DNA of 64,000 nucleotides from Chlamydia trachomatis (GTDB taxonomy: Bacteria; Chlamydiota; Chlamydiia; Chlamydiales; 2-12-FULL-49-11): NCBI GenBank assembly GCA_945872565.1, contig CAMBZN010000009.1:2420-66419 (forward strand), written 5' to 3'. Shown piece after piece: positions 48,556 through 58,302 of the stretch (within the stretch, counting starts at the first letter, position 1; each line of letters opens with the position of its first letter). Below the pieces are notes generated by a model. The model did not search any database and was not told the DNA's origin. It was given only the letters and a program-made list of their open reading frames with translations. Position numbers and translations under genes: made by a program.

Positions 48556-49506
48556 ATGATCAAGATAATCGTTTTTTTGTTTTATTTTTTTATTTTAGGA
48601 TCTGAGCCCATTTCAAAAGAGCTGTTAGATCAATTGTTTCCAGAAGAAATTGTAGAGGGGGGTAAATTTTTTATGACTACCACATCTACCCAGCTAGGAA
48701 ATGCATGTTTTATGGCCGCTGCTGGAGTTGGTTATGCAATAGAAAATGGTTATGCATTTGTTTTAGATCCAGCTGTAAAAAAAAGATACCCTACGGTATT
48801 TCATCGATTTCCTAGCTACGAAATAGTTAATAAACCGAAAAAAGAATTATTTCATCAAGAAAGATTTAATTTTTCATACGAAGCAATAGATGAATCGACA
48901 AATATTTTAGGTTGGTGTAATTCAGATTTTTGGTTTTCTAAGTATAAAAATATAGCTATAGAGCTTTTTGGACCGACAAAGGAAATGGTAGAAAATTTGC
49001 AAGAAAAGTACCGGGAATATTTTCGGGAGGATAAGAACTATGTAGGGGTCCATTTAAGAACTTTTGTAACCCCGTTTGAAGACAAAAATTATGTTCCACT
49101 AGAATATTTTCAATTATGGGATCTTTCACCTGATTATTATCGCAAAGCGATGAAGCTATTTCCTAAAGATACTGTTTTTGTCATTTTTTCAGATAATACG
49201 CAAGTAGCAAAGAAATTATTGTCAAAATTTAAGCATAAGTTCATTTTTAATGAAAGTTCTGATTTATATGAAGATTTTTATCTAATGTCCATGATGAAAT
49301 CTATGATTATTCCCAACTCCTCATTTTCAGCTTTTGCCTGCTGTTTGAATAAAAGATCTGATCAAGTGGTTGTAAAACCTCCAAACGGGAGTGGTGTTAG
49401 CATCATAAATAACAATTGGAAGGTTGTAAATTATACACAAAATTTTTCAAGAATAAGTAAATGGTATGAAATATGTAGAAAGGAATTTCAAAAGGCAGAT
49501 TACTGA
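48556..49506 (+). CDS. GT11 alpha-1,2-fucosyltransferase-like protein
   Basis: QLGN, VGVHLR, YYRKAM, IFSD, DFYLMS, NSSFS motifs. Confidence 0.85.
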   Translation: MIKIIVFLFYFFILGSEPISKELLDQLFPEEIVEGGKFFMTTTSTQLGNACFMAAAGVGYAIENGYAFVLDPAVKKRYPTVFHRFPSYEIVNKPKKELFHQERFNFSYEAIDESTNILGWCNSDFWFSKYKNIAIELFGPTKEMVENLQEKYREYFREDKNYVGVHLRTFVTPFEDKNYVPLEYFQLWDLSPDYYRKAMKLFPKDTVFVIFSDNTQVAKKLLSKFKHKFIFNESSDLYEDFYLMSMMKSMIIPNSSFSAFACCLNKRSDQVVVKPPNGSGVSIINNNWKVVNYTQNFSRISKWYEICRKEFQKADY

Positions 49507-49616
49507 ATGTGACTCTGTATGGATAGTTTTTTATACTCAATTTCGTTATTAAAATTGCTCATTTGACTTTATGTTGACTTTATTATAGACTTTTTATTTA
49601 TTTAATTACTTTAAGG

Positions 49617-50423
49617 ATGTATAGCATGAAAAATTTTTTATTATTGACTCTTTCTTTAGGTTCATTATTTTGCAATTCTTTGTCTGTGCAAACTTTTAAT
49701 GACGGTTTGACAGAAGAGGAAATTGTAGCTAGAGATTTTGATAGAAACTTTGATAAAGAGCATGATGGTATTTCCTTAATAAATAGAGTCCACGAGCTGC
49801 TTAGAAAAGCTAAATTTTTAGAGAATAGATGCGAGTTTGGCGAAATGGATAGTTGTTATCAGGAAGCGGCGGGTCTTTTAGGAGAACTTTCAAAAGAAGA
49901 GACTGCTTACGGGCACCTTAGTGCTGACTTAATCCAAGGTCTTTGCCTGAATAGATGCCGGATAAAGGATCAATCACTTATCAAGGGGTGTTTCAAAAAA
50001 ACTTATGAAATATATCTTACCCATGAATTTAAGGTCAAAGATGAGTTTGACTATTGGATAATCGTGCAAGGGTTACATCAAGCACAGTTTGCAGCCTATT
50101 TAGCTGAGGACTATGAAGCGTTTGCTCAGTTGATATATAAACAGATGGATTTAGCCGACCCATTTATGTTTACCTACTACATCTATGAGATGGAAGAGTT
50201 TCAGTTGCTGGCACATCAAAAATTTAAAAAGGATCACTGGATTTTTGGAAAAATGCAATCCCAAATGGAACAGAAAATATTAAAGGATATTGAAATCGAT
50301 GTTCGATTTGAAAACATAAGGTACTGCGGTCTATTAATTGACTTCTATAAATCTCACTACACCTTATCTGTAAAAGATATTGTCGATAGACTAGAGAATT
50401 CTTTGGCTAAAAAAGAACAGTAG
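49617..50423 (+). CDS. hypothetical exported helical protein
   Basis: Signal peptide; helical, possibly TPR-like segment; no family recognised. Confidence 0.6.
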   Translation: MYSMKNFLLLTLSLGSLFCNSLSVQTFNDGLTEEEIVARDFDRNFDKEHDGISLINRVHELLRKAKFLENRCEFGEMDSCYQEAAGLLGELSKEETAYGHLSADLIQGLCLNRCRIKDQSLIKGCFKKTYEIYLTHEFKVKDEFDYWIIVQGLHQAQFAAYLAEDYEAFAQLIYKQMDLADPFMFTYYIYEMEEFQLLAHQKFKKDHWIFGKMQSQMEQKILKDIEIDVRFENIRYCGLLIDFYKSHYTLSVKDIVDRLENSLAKKEQ

Positions 50424-50530
50424 CCGATCGATTTTGCATTCGATATTACCCATAAAGAACTAAAGTAATTAAAAAATATTTCTTTAATTTTCATAGATAA
50501 ATAAATATCAATGCAATTATATGTAAAGAT

Positions 50531-51109
50531 GTGGCAAAGATTTATGGTTTAGTTTATTTATTTGGGTGTTTCCCTTTAATTTTGGGTGAATCTGTGAACC
50601 GTTTATATATAAGTGGTTTTGATAGCACCTATTTACCAAAAGATACACCCACCCCTCCAAAGCCATTGATGTGGATAGCTCAGTTAAAAACAGATCGTGC
50701 AGTTAATGCAGGATTCGAGCACCTGATTTTTGATTACAAGAACTATTTCGAGCTATATCTTGGATGTAGTGGGGCATATTTAGAAACATTTGGTGTAAAA
50801 TCGGACCAAATGTTTGCAGTGAGCAGCTACGTACTAGCAAGAGTTTACATAGTTAAAAGGAAAGGTGCAGCGCTATTTTTTCTTTATAGCCCAGCAGGGC
50901 CGTCGATGCTGTCAAAAAGCACCTTTTCTACTACCGGATGGTCTAATCACTTTGTCTTCCAAAATCAGTTTGGAATCGGTGTATCGCACAATCGATTTCC
51001 AGGTGTGGAATTTTTTATCAAACAGTACCATTATTCAAATGGGGGGATCTTTCCAATCAACGGAGGAGCAGACATTAGACTATCAGTAGGGATGAGTGTG
51101 AAAATATAA
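50531..51109 (+). CDS. PagL-like acyloxyacyl hydrolase outer-membrane protein
   Basis: Signal peptide, small beta-barrel pattern, FVFQNQFGIG and HYSNGG. Confidence 0.7.
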   Translation: MAKIYGLVYLFGCFPLILGESVNRLYISGFDSTYLPKDTPTPPKPLMWIAQLKTDRAVNAGFEHLIFDYKNYFELYLGCSGAYLETFGVKSDQMFAVSSYVLARVYIVKRKGAALFFLYSPAGPSMLSKSTFSTTGWSNHFVFQNQFGIGVSHNRFPGVEFFIKQYHYSNGGIFPINGGADIRLSVGMSVKI

Positions 51110-51119
51110 TGCTGCTTAT

Positions 51120-52136
51120 TTAATCGTACCGTTTGCCATCGATTTGCGCAAGAGCCTTAATCTTTAAAGAGAGTTCCTCGATATTAATGTGCTCTTTTGC
51201 AGAAATAGTGACAATTTCTGCATGATCGTCTTTAAAAGCACGCTTAAATGCTTTGATATACTCTTTTGACCCCTCCAGTTCGCACTTATTAAGAACAATT
51301 ATAGACGGACGCTCAAGAAGCTTAGGGTTATATTCAAACAGCTCATTTTTTAAAATGGTATAATCTTCGATTGGGTCAGAAATCTCTCCAAGGGGGGCAA
51401 CATCGACAATAAAAACAAGAGCCTTACTTCTTTCAATATGTTTCAAAAAGGCAAGACCAAGACCTCTATCTTTATGAGCATCTTTGATAATTCCTGGAAT
51501 ATCTGCAATATAAACACGAGAATAATCATCATATTCTAAAAAAGAAAGATTTGGTTTCAAAGTTGTAAATGGGTAGTTTCCAATTTTAACATCTGTTGCT
51601 GTAAGAGCTTTCATTAAGGTTGATTTACCTGCATTGGGAAGGCCTACAAATCCAACGTCTGCAATCATTTTTAGTTCTAACGAAATATTAATTTCAACTC
51701 CAAAGTACCCTGGAGTGCATTGCCTTGGAGTTCGATTTGTGGAGCTTTTAAACGTTGTATTACCAAGGCCGCCAGTTCCCCCCTCTACTAGATCAAGAGT
51801 TGTTCCGGGGGTGGTAAGATCAGCTAAAACCTCGTTTGTTTGCGCATTGAGAACAATGGTTCCAGGAGGTACAGGAATAAAATGATTTTTACCACTTTTT
51901 CCTGTTCTGTTATTAGCCGATCCATCGGAGCCTTTTTCAGCTACAATTAGATTCTTTCCACGAAGATGATCAAGACAGTGAAGGTTTTCTGAAACAATTA
52001 TCTTTACAGATCCACCTTTTCCGCCATTGCCTCCGCAAGGACCGCCCTTTGGGATATACTTTGCTCTTTTCCAAGCAATCACCCCGTTGCCACCCTTACC
52101 TGATAAGCATTTAAGCTTTATGAAATCTGTAAACAT
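51120..52136 (-). CDS. obgE: GTPase ObgE/CgtA
   Basis: GKGGNG, PKGGP.GG.GG.GG, VGLPNAGKST, YPFTTL, DIPG, NKCE. Confidence 0.97.
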   Translation of the reverse strand: MFTDFIKLKCLSGKGGNGVIAWKRAKYIPKGGPCGGNGGKGGSVKIIVSENLHCLDHLRGKNLIVAEKGSDGSANNRTGKSGKNHFIPVPPGTIVLNAQTNEVLADLTTPGTTLDLVEGGTGGLGNTTFKSSTNRTPRQCTPGYFGVEINISLELKMIADVGFVGLPNAGKSTLMKALTATDVKIGNYPFTTLKPNLSFLEYDDYSRVYIADIPGIIKDAHKDRGLGLAFLKHIERSKALVFIVDVAPLGEISDPIEDYTILKNELFEYNPKLLERPSIIVLNKCELEGSKEYIKAFKRAFKDDHAEIVTISAKEHINIEELSLKIKALAQIDGKRYD

Positions 52137-52162
52137 ACCCGCCTCTACCTTTTCTTCCTTAC

Positions 52163-52199
52163 AAAAAATAACATCTTCTCTTTACGGGAAGATGTTATT
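52163..52199 (-). terminator. terminator after rplU-rpmA
   Basis: AATAACATCTTC...GAAGATGTTATT stem plus U-run. Confidence 0.75.
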
Positions 52200-52225
52200 A
52201 AATAATTAAAATCTGCTAAAAAAAA

Positions 52226-52477
52226 TTACGCTACAGCTTCTACTGAAACGAAAACTTTTCTCCCTTTCTTAAATGTTACTTTACCATCAATTAAAGCAAA
52301 GATTGTAAAATCTCTGCCTAAGCCAACCCCTAGTCCAGGGTGAAATTTTGTTCCATGTTGACGAATGATGATATTTCCAGCTCTTACTTCCTGACCACCA
52401 GATTTTTTTACTCCTAGCCTCTGAGCGTTAGAATCTCTTCCGTTTCTCGATGCTCCTTGTCCTTTCTTTTGTGCCAT
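52226..52477 (-). CDS. rpmA: 50S ribosomal protein L27
   Basis: RNGRDS, RLGVK, GNIIIRQ.GTKFHPG. Confidence 0.98.
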   Translation of the reverse strand: MAQKKGQGASRNGRDSNAQRLGVKKSGGQEVRAGNIIIRQHGTKFHPGLGVGLGRDFTIFALIDGKVTFKKGRKVFVSVEAVA

Positions 52478-52794
52478 TATGCAGCTCCCTTAATTTCTAA
52501 TACTCTTACTCGAGATTTCTTTTGTCTATGACCTTTTTTTACGCGATGGTTATGTCTTCTCGTGTATTTATATATAATTAATTTTTCATCTTTTATTTCT
52601 GAGATCAATTCAGCTTCAACTACAGCATTTTTTACTGTTGGCTCGCCAATTTGAATCGATTTGCCATCGTCTAGAAGAAGAACAAAATCAAAAATCACTT
52701 TGTCGCCTTCTTTATGATCTAGAAGTTCAACATCTAAAATATCACCAGCTTTTACAGAATACTGCTTGCCGCCAGTTTTAATAATTGCTTTCAT
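52477..52794 (-). CDS. rplU: 50S ribosomal protein L21
   Basis: [16 protein letters not shown]. Confidence 0.98.
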   Translation of the reverse strand: MKAIIKTGGKQYSVKAGDILDVELLDHKEGDKVIFDFVLLLDDGKSIQIGEPTVKNAVVEAELISEIKDEKLIIYKYTRRHNHRVKKGHRQKKSRVRVLEIKGAA

Positions 52795-52808
52795 TTGTTT
52801 ATCCTTGG

Positions 52809-53663
52809 TTATTTTTCAGGAAATGATACCAGAAGCTGTTTTAGTGGTAAAGATAAAAAATAAAAGCATGTGGTAATGAGGGCAATTGTTGCTCCAATTG
52901 GCCAATTAAAGAGGTAGGAGAGGTATGTTCCTATGATAGACATGACGCACGATAGCCCTATTGCAAGGTAAATCATTTTTGAAAGTGACCTGGTGAAAAT
53001 ATTTGCAATAGCAGCTGGCAAACAGAGCATTGAGATCACTAAAATCGCCCCAATTACCTGAATTAAAATCACAATTGTGAGGCATATCAAAGATAATAAG
53101 AAAAAATATAGTAAAACTACGGGTTGTTTTTGTATGTATGCATTCACCTCGTCAAAACAAATAGCTAAAAACCGTTTGTGTAAGAAAATACTTGAAATAA
53201 TAATAATTGTATTCAAAACCAATAATAGGTAGAGCTCTCTGTGGCTTGCCCATAAAAGATTTCCAAATAGAAAGTTCATCAGTTCTGCATTGGATCCAGG
53301 GGTGACAGAAATTAAAATCACACCAACTGCCATCCCAATGGACCAAATAGCTGCAATCACTGAGTCTACTCGCTGCTTATATTTTAAATGCATCCAGCCG
53401 ATGATAAAGCCAAAGAAAAATGCTGAGAAAATCGCTCCAAGGAGGGGAGAGAAGATAGGGTTTAAAGTATAATATTGAAGGTATAATGCAATTCCTATGC
53501 CTCCAAGAACAGCATGGGCGATACTTCCTGAGATAAATACCACACGTTTTGCTACCGTATAACTTCCGATGATACCACTTCCAAGGGATGCAAGGAGGCC
53601 TGCAATTAATGCCATTTGCAAAAATGGATTTGTTGAAAGAGCGTAGAAAAAAGAATCATTCAT
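52809..53663 (-). CDS. Zn/Mn ABC transporter permease (ZnuB-like)
   Basis: SIAHAVLGG, FLFGNL, FDE..A, multiple TMs; start moved to MNDSF. Confidence 0.9.
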   Translation of the reverse strand: MNDSFFYALSTNPFLQMALIAGLLASLGSGIIGSYTVAKRVVFISGSIAHAVLGGIGIALYLQYYTLNPIFSPLLGAIFSAFFFGFIIGWMHLKYKQRVDSVIAAIWSIGMAVGVILISVTPGSNAELMNFLFGNLLWASHRELYLLLVLNTIIIISSIFLHKRFLAICFDEVNAYIQKQPVVLLYFFLLSLICLTIVILIQVIGAILVISMLCLPAAIANIFTRSLSKMIYLAIGLSCVMSIIGTYLSYLFNWPIGATIALITTCFYFLSLPLKQLLVSFPEK

Positions 53664-54381
53664 GGTTGCACCCCTCCTCTTCGGTGTGAAAGAGCCCAAG
53701 CTCCATATGTTTGCAAAGAGCATCATCTTTTAGGGTGCAGACAGTTTTTTCTACTAAATAAACTGTTGTTGCCTTTTTTAAAAGATGGGTAATCACGTGA
53801 GTGATTAAAATGATCGTCTTTTTCCCCTGCAGTTGATCTATTAATGAGATGATGGTTTTTGCAGATTTGTGGTCTAGTCCTGAAAGGGGTTCATCAAAAA
53901 TTAAGATGTCGGGGTCAGAAACAAGAGCCCTTGCGATAATTGCTCTTTGGAGTTGACCGCCGGATAACTCTCCGATGGCACGGGTTTTTAAATGATCTAG
54001 CTCAAATTTTTCGAGCATTTTTTCGGTTTTAAGAGAAGACTCTTTTTTCCAAATTCCATACCAAGGTAATTCTGATAGGAGCCCTTGTTGAACAAATTCA
54101 AACAATGACAATGGAAAAATAGGATCAAATTCTAATCTTTGAGGAATGTATCCAAAACGATTTTTAGCAACACCCGGAGGGAGGCCATGAATCTTCAAAA
54201 AACCTTTTCTAGGTTTTGCAATGCCCATAATGCACTTGATTAAAGTTGTCTTTCCCCCTCCATTAGGACCTAAAAAAACAGTAAAACTATTCTTACATAA
54301 CGAAAGTGAAACATTATTTAAAACATCAGCTTGGTCATATCGAAAGTGTAGGTTTTTAATTTCTACTGCAGGAGTGGTCAT
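53656..54381 (-). CDS. Zn/Mn ABC transporter ATP-binding protein (ZnuC-like)
   Basis: GPNGGGKTT, GYIPQ, LSGGQLQR, FDEP. Confidence 0.92.
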   Translation of the reverse strand: MTTPAVEIKNLHFRYDQADVLNNVSLSLCKNSFTVFLGPNGGGKTTLIKCIMGIAKPRKGFLKIHGLPPGVAKNRFGYIPQRLEFDPIFPLSLFEFVQQGLLSELPWYGIWKKESSLKTEKMLEKFELDHLKTRAIGELSGGQLQRAIIARALVSDPDILIFDEPLSGLDHKSAKTIISLIDQLQGKKTIILITHVITHLLKKATTVYLVEKTVCTLKDDALCKHMELGLFHTEEEGCNHE

Positions 54382-54428
54382 AGTTTTTTTCCCCGTGATT
54401 CCAAATGAGTATAGGAGAAAAGGGCGCT

Positions 54429-55730
54429 TTATTCAAGTAGATAAATCCCATCAGCATTCAACTGAGCGGCTGTTGCTTGTTTGGCAGAGGTTCCCTCTGG
54501 GAAGTCATAGGGGCCAGGATCTTTGTAGTTGTCGGTTTTATCTCTTATTCGAAGGATGGCCGTCATTCCACCAAGAGTGGTAAAGTTGCCCCACCTTCCT
54601 GTCAGCCCATCCAATGGAATAGAGTTTTCAGGGTAGGCAAGGCCGCTTTCGGTCATATTGGACAATTCAGCAACCCCTAAAAACCGGAATTCAGGGATGA
54701 ACTTTCGGATTCTATTTTCCAGATCATTTGATTGGATTCTTACATTATTTGGAAGTTTTTGCCCCATTTGATTCAAGCAATGGGGGGTCATTTGATTTTG
54801 AAATAACCAGTCGCCAGGATTATTTGCAGTAAAGGAGATGAGTTTTGTAGATCGGGTAGGAACAAGGAGCGTTGTTTTAGCAGGAAGCAAGGAAGGATCT
54901 TTTACCCAGCCACCCGCTGTGCCAATAACCTTAAAAGAGTGTCCATGAAGGCTCATTGAATGGTGATCAATTGCACTTACGTTCCCAAGTCTTATCCAGA
55001 CTTTATCACCAATTTCAGCTACCAAAGGTTCTGTTGCGGGCATTACCTTTCCATTGATTGTAAAGATGTTAAACTCTTGTCTCATTGTATTTGGGGAAAA
55101 GGTTCCTACATCAATTTTCCATTCATGGAGTAAAAGGGCAAAATCTCTGTCGGGCCTGCTTTTTTCATCAAGCTCCCTTTTATGAACAACGATCATCCCC
55201 GAAAGCCCCATTCCGTTTGCAATCATTCCGTTATAATGAGGGTAGTACATAAATGTACCGCTATCTGGAAAGGTAAATTCATAAACAAAGGTTTCACCGG
55301 TGGGGATGGGGGGCTGAGTCAATCCTGCTACACCATCCATGCCGCATGGAACTTGAACCCCATGAAAGTGTATGGAAGTCATGGTGGGGAGCTTGTTTGT
55401 CACATAAATGCGTACTTTATCACCCTGACACACTTCGATTACTGGCCCAGGTGTTCTTCCGTTAAAGCCCCATGCGTTGATGGTTAGTCCAGGGGCAACT
55501 TCCCAACTGATTTCTTCGGCAATCAGATGAAATACTTTGTAATTATCAACCACTTTATAAGGTGCAGTTGCTCCATTTGGAACAACAACAGGGGTGTAGT
55601 CTACATTTGGTAGGGAGGGGGTTGTTATTGTTTCAAAAGGGCTGCTGGATGCAAAAAATGATTTGATGGAAGGGTTGGAGGTGAGGATAAAAAGTAAAAG
55701 CACTAAAGAAAAAAAGGCTTTCTTTTTCAT
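54429..55730 (-). CDS. two-domain multicopper oxidase homolog with degenerate copper ligands
   Basis: WGFNGRTPGPVIE, HFHG, MDGV.GLTQ, GTFMYYPH, SLHGH, NPGDWLFQNQ (canonical HCH absent). Confidence 0.85.
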   Translation of the reverse strand: MKKKAFFSLVLLLFILTSNPSIKSFFASSSPFETITTPSLPNVDYTPVVVPNGATAPYKVVDNYKVFHLIAEEISWEVAPGLTINAWGFNGRTPGPVIEVCQGDKVRIYVTNKLPTMTSIHFHGVQVPCGMDGVAGLTQPPIPTGETFVYEFTFPDSGTFMYYPHYNGMIANGMGLSGMIVVHKRELDEKSRPDRDFALLLHEWKIDVGTFSPNTMRQEFNIFTINGKVMPATEPLVAEIGDKVWIRLGNVSAIDHHSMSLHGHSFKVIGTAGGWVKDPSLLPAKTTLLVPTRSTKLISFTANNPGDWLFQNQMTPHCLNQMGQKLPNNVRIQSNDLENRIRKFIPEFRFLGVAELSNMTESGLAYPENSIPLDGLTGRWGNFTTLGGMTAILRIRDKTDNYKDPGPYDFPEGTSAKQATAAQLNADGIYLLE

Positions 55731-57091
55731 CTAAAACTCTCTGGCAATACAAAGCCCCTACCAAGAGCCTGAACAAATACTTTGTTGTTATAGAATTGAG
55801 ATTTTTTTTCAAGTAGAACAATCTCCCGCTCAAACACTGCTTTTTTGGCTTTTAGAAGATCAAAAACGCCAAGATTCATTGCATTATACTGCAGGAGTGA
55901 TTCATCGAAGATTTTTTTTGCAATGGGAAGTAATTCGTCAATTACATGCACATGTTCATCAAGAGCGTTATGGAAATTCTCCGTTGCTCTTCTAACAATG
56001 GATCGTAAAGTTACAGCCTGTGCAGTAAATTGCTTCCACATGTAGGTAAGTTCAGCTTTAGCCTTAATAGAATGAACTTTTCCAAGATCAAACATAGGGA
56101 TATTAATACTAATTTGCGGACCTATAAACCAAACATTTTGTTGGTAATTACTGCTGTAACCAAAGGAGATATCTGGAAAGATAATATTTGTCGTTTGAAT
56201 AGAAAGTTCTGTTGCTCGTTGCTTAATTCTTTCTAATTGATTTTTAAGGTCTAAATTATTCTGGATAGAATCCCTTTCAATATTGATGGTTGCCGAGCGA
56301 GGGTCAGAAAATTCTTCTAATTCTTTAGAGTAAGACCAATTGACATTGCTGCCCCAAACTCCTAGTAGGTCATTTAGATCTTCTTTGGTATTAATTACGG
56401 TATTTAACGCTGTTGTTACTGCAAGGTTTGCCCTTTCGTACGACATTTTTTTGTGAGCAAGGTCCAGTTCGGTGGTGTTGCCTGCAAGGCGCAAATGAAC
56501 GGCTGCCTCATAGGCAAGCCCTTCTAAACTTGCAATTTGTTCTCGTAGCTCTAAAATAGATCTATCTATCTGGAGGGTATGAAAAGCAATTTTGGTCCTT
56601 GCAACTACATCAAGGATTTTTCCTAAAATTTCATTTTTCAAGATCACGATTTCTTGTGCAGCGACTTGTTTTTTCAAGGGGATTAAGAAAATTTCTAAAA
56701 AGTTTTGTATAAGACTTAAATTCATTTGATCGCCAGCAGTTGAGGCTGTTGCAAATTGATAGTTAAAAGCAAAAAACGGATTTTGTAGCATTCCAGCCTG
56801 ACGATATTGTGCTGATGCAATTCCGATTCTTTCGTACTCAGCCTGTAAAGAGGGGTTGTTTAACAGGGCAATTTGCACAGCCCTATCGATAGTTAGCTCA
56901 CTTTTAAGAAGTTCCTCAAGGGATGCTTCATGTACGATATTGTCGTCATTGTTCCAATAGATTTCTCTACCAGTTGAGGCGGTGATTTCCTCTTTTATCT
57001 GAGTAAAAATAGCTTGCGGCTCTGAATCGGAGCGACCCTTACAGCTGGTTGTCAATAAAAGTACACCGAAGAAAAGACAACAAATCTTCAT
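55727..57091 (-). CDS. TolC-family outer-membrane lipoprotein (copper-oxidase-associated type)
   Basis: Lipobox TTSC, AVQIALLNNPSLQA, INIPMFD, LQYNAMNLGVFDLL. Confidence 0.88.
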   Translation of the reverse strand: MKICCLFFGVLLLTTSCKGRSDSEPQAIFTQIKEEITASTGREIYWNNDDNIVHEASLEELLKSELTIDRAVQIALLNNPSLQAEYERIGIASAQYRQAGMLQNPFFAFNYQFATASTAGDQMNLSLIQNFLEIFLIPLKKQVAAQEIVILKNEILGKILDVVARTKIAFHTLQIDRSILELREQIASLEGLAYEAAVHLRLAGNTTELDLAHKKMSYERANLAVTTALNTVINTKEDLNDLLGVWGSNVNWSYSKELEEFSDPRSATINIERDSIQNNLDLKNQLERIKQRATELSIQTTNIIFPDISFGYSSNYQQNVWFIGPQISINIPMFDLGKVHSIKAKAELTYMWKQFTAQAVTLRSIVRRATENFHNALDEHVHVIDELLPIAKKIFDESLLQYNAMNLGVFDLLKAKKAVFEREIVLLEKKSQFYNNKVFVQALGRGFVLPESFR

Positions 57092-57217
57092 AAGCACCTT
57101 TTGAACGTTTTCAAGAGGTTTACAAGTAAAAGTGGTATTTTATAGCAACCCATACAATGGGTCTATAACCAATAATTCGTTTATAATCCAACGTTATTTA
57201 AAAGTAACAGAGCAACT

Positions 57218-58111
57218 TTAAAGTGACTGTGCTCTATCCCCATATTCTTCAGTAATGTCTGCAAGCTGGTTGATTGTAGCAATATAGTTCTCCTCGTAGG
57301 GATTGACCATAAAAAGGGGAAGATTAAATTGAGCAGCGATTGTTTCTGCAGCTCTATTGACGTGCTGAGGTTGCATTAACACGCCGATGAGAGTCTCTTT
57401 GTGGGTTTTTGCCTCTTCCATTACATGCTGAATATCTTTAGATCGCATCTCTTTACCATCATCTGGCTCGATGCCAATTTGAACAAGTGAATAACGATGG
57501 CAAAAATATCCATAGGCCTTATGGGTAGTGAGATAAGTTCCTCCTTTAAAGGGGGCTAATTTTTCCATCAACTTCTTATTGAGTGCGTATAGGATGCTTT
57601 TTAACTGAAGAGTTCGATCCTGAAAATAGTGTGCTTGCTGGGGCAATATTTTTCCAAGGGCTGCATTGATAGATTTTGCTTGATGCGCAACAGTGATTGG
57701 ATCTAGCCAATAATGAGTGTCTACATCATGATTTTCGTGGCAATGGCCGTTATGATGGCATGCTGACTTTAATGTTTTTGTAACAGCCGGCAAGTTCAGG
57801 ATATGTAGATCTGGGGTTGTTTCTTTCAGGCGCTTTTCAAGAAGATGTTCAAACCCTTCTCCCACCTGGATCCATAAAGAAGTGTGGAGTAAAGGGCCCA
57901 TATCACGAGGAGAGGGTTCAAAATTGTGAGGATCTACATCTGGTGGGATGATGGATTGCACAAATACTTTATCCCCTGCAATTTGCTTTACAATTTCAAT
58001 GTATGGGGCAGCACTTACAATCACAAGGGGCTTTGAAGGGGGTAGTGTCTTTGGAGAAAATAAACTGCATGCTGAGCATAGAGCTATAAGAGTTAACAAT
58101 GCTTTTTTCAT
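57218..58111 (-). CDS. Zn/Mn ABC transporter substrate-binding lipoprotein (ZnuA-like)
   Basis: DPHNFEP, His-rich loop HHNGHCHENH, DTHYWLDP, HKAYGYF. Confidence 0.92.
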   Translation of the reverse strand: MKKALLTLIALCSACSLFSPKTLPPSKPLVIVSAAPYIEIVKQIAGDKVFVQSIIPPDVDPHNFEPSPRDMGPLLHTSLWIQVGEGFEHLLEKRLKETTPDLHILNLPAVTKTLKSACHHNGHCHENHDVDTHYWLDPITVAHQAKSINAALGKILPQQAHYFQDRTLQLKSILYALNKKLMEKLAPFKGGTYLTTHKAYGYFCHRYSLVQIGIEPDDGKEMRSKDIQHVMEEAKTHKETLIGVLMQPQHVNRAAETIAAQFNLPLFMVNPYEENYIATINQLADITEEYGDRAQSL

Positions 58112-58302
58112 CTACGATCACATTAATTTGATTTTTGAAAGATAATAACACAGCAGGCAAATAATGAAAAAGAAAAATCTTTTTGCCCCGTTAAATGATT
58201 TTTTATAATTCTTCTCTTTAATTTTAATAAAATTTGTGGATTAAATGATTTACCTTAATTAATTAAAACAATTAAAATGGTTAAAAATAAAAGAGGTTAT
58301 TT

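Noticed and set aside
58191-58250. TTAAATGATT direct repeat upstream of the znuA-like and methyltransferase genes
   Set aside because: Ten AT-rich bases in an extremely AT-rich spacer; chance cannot be excluded.
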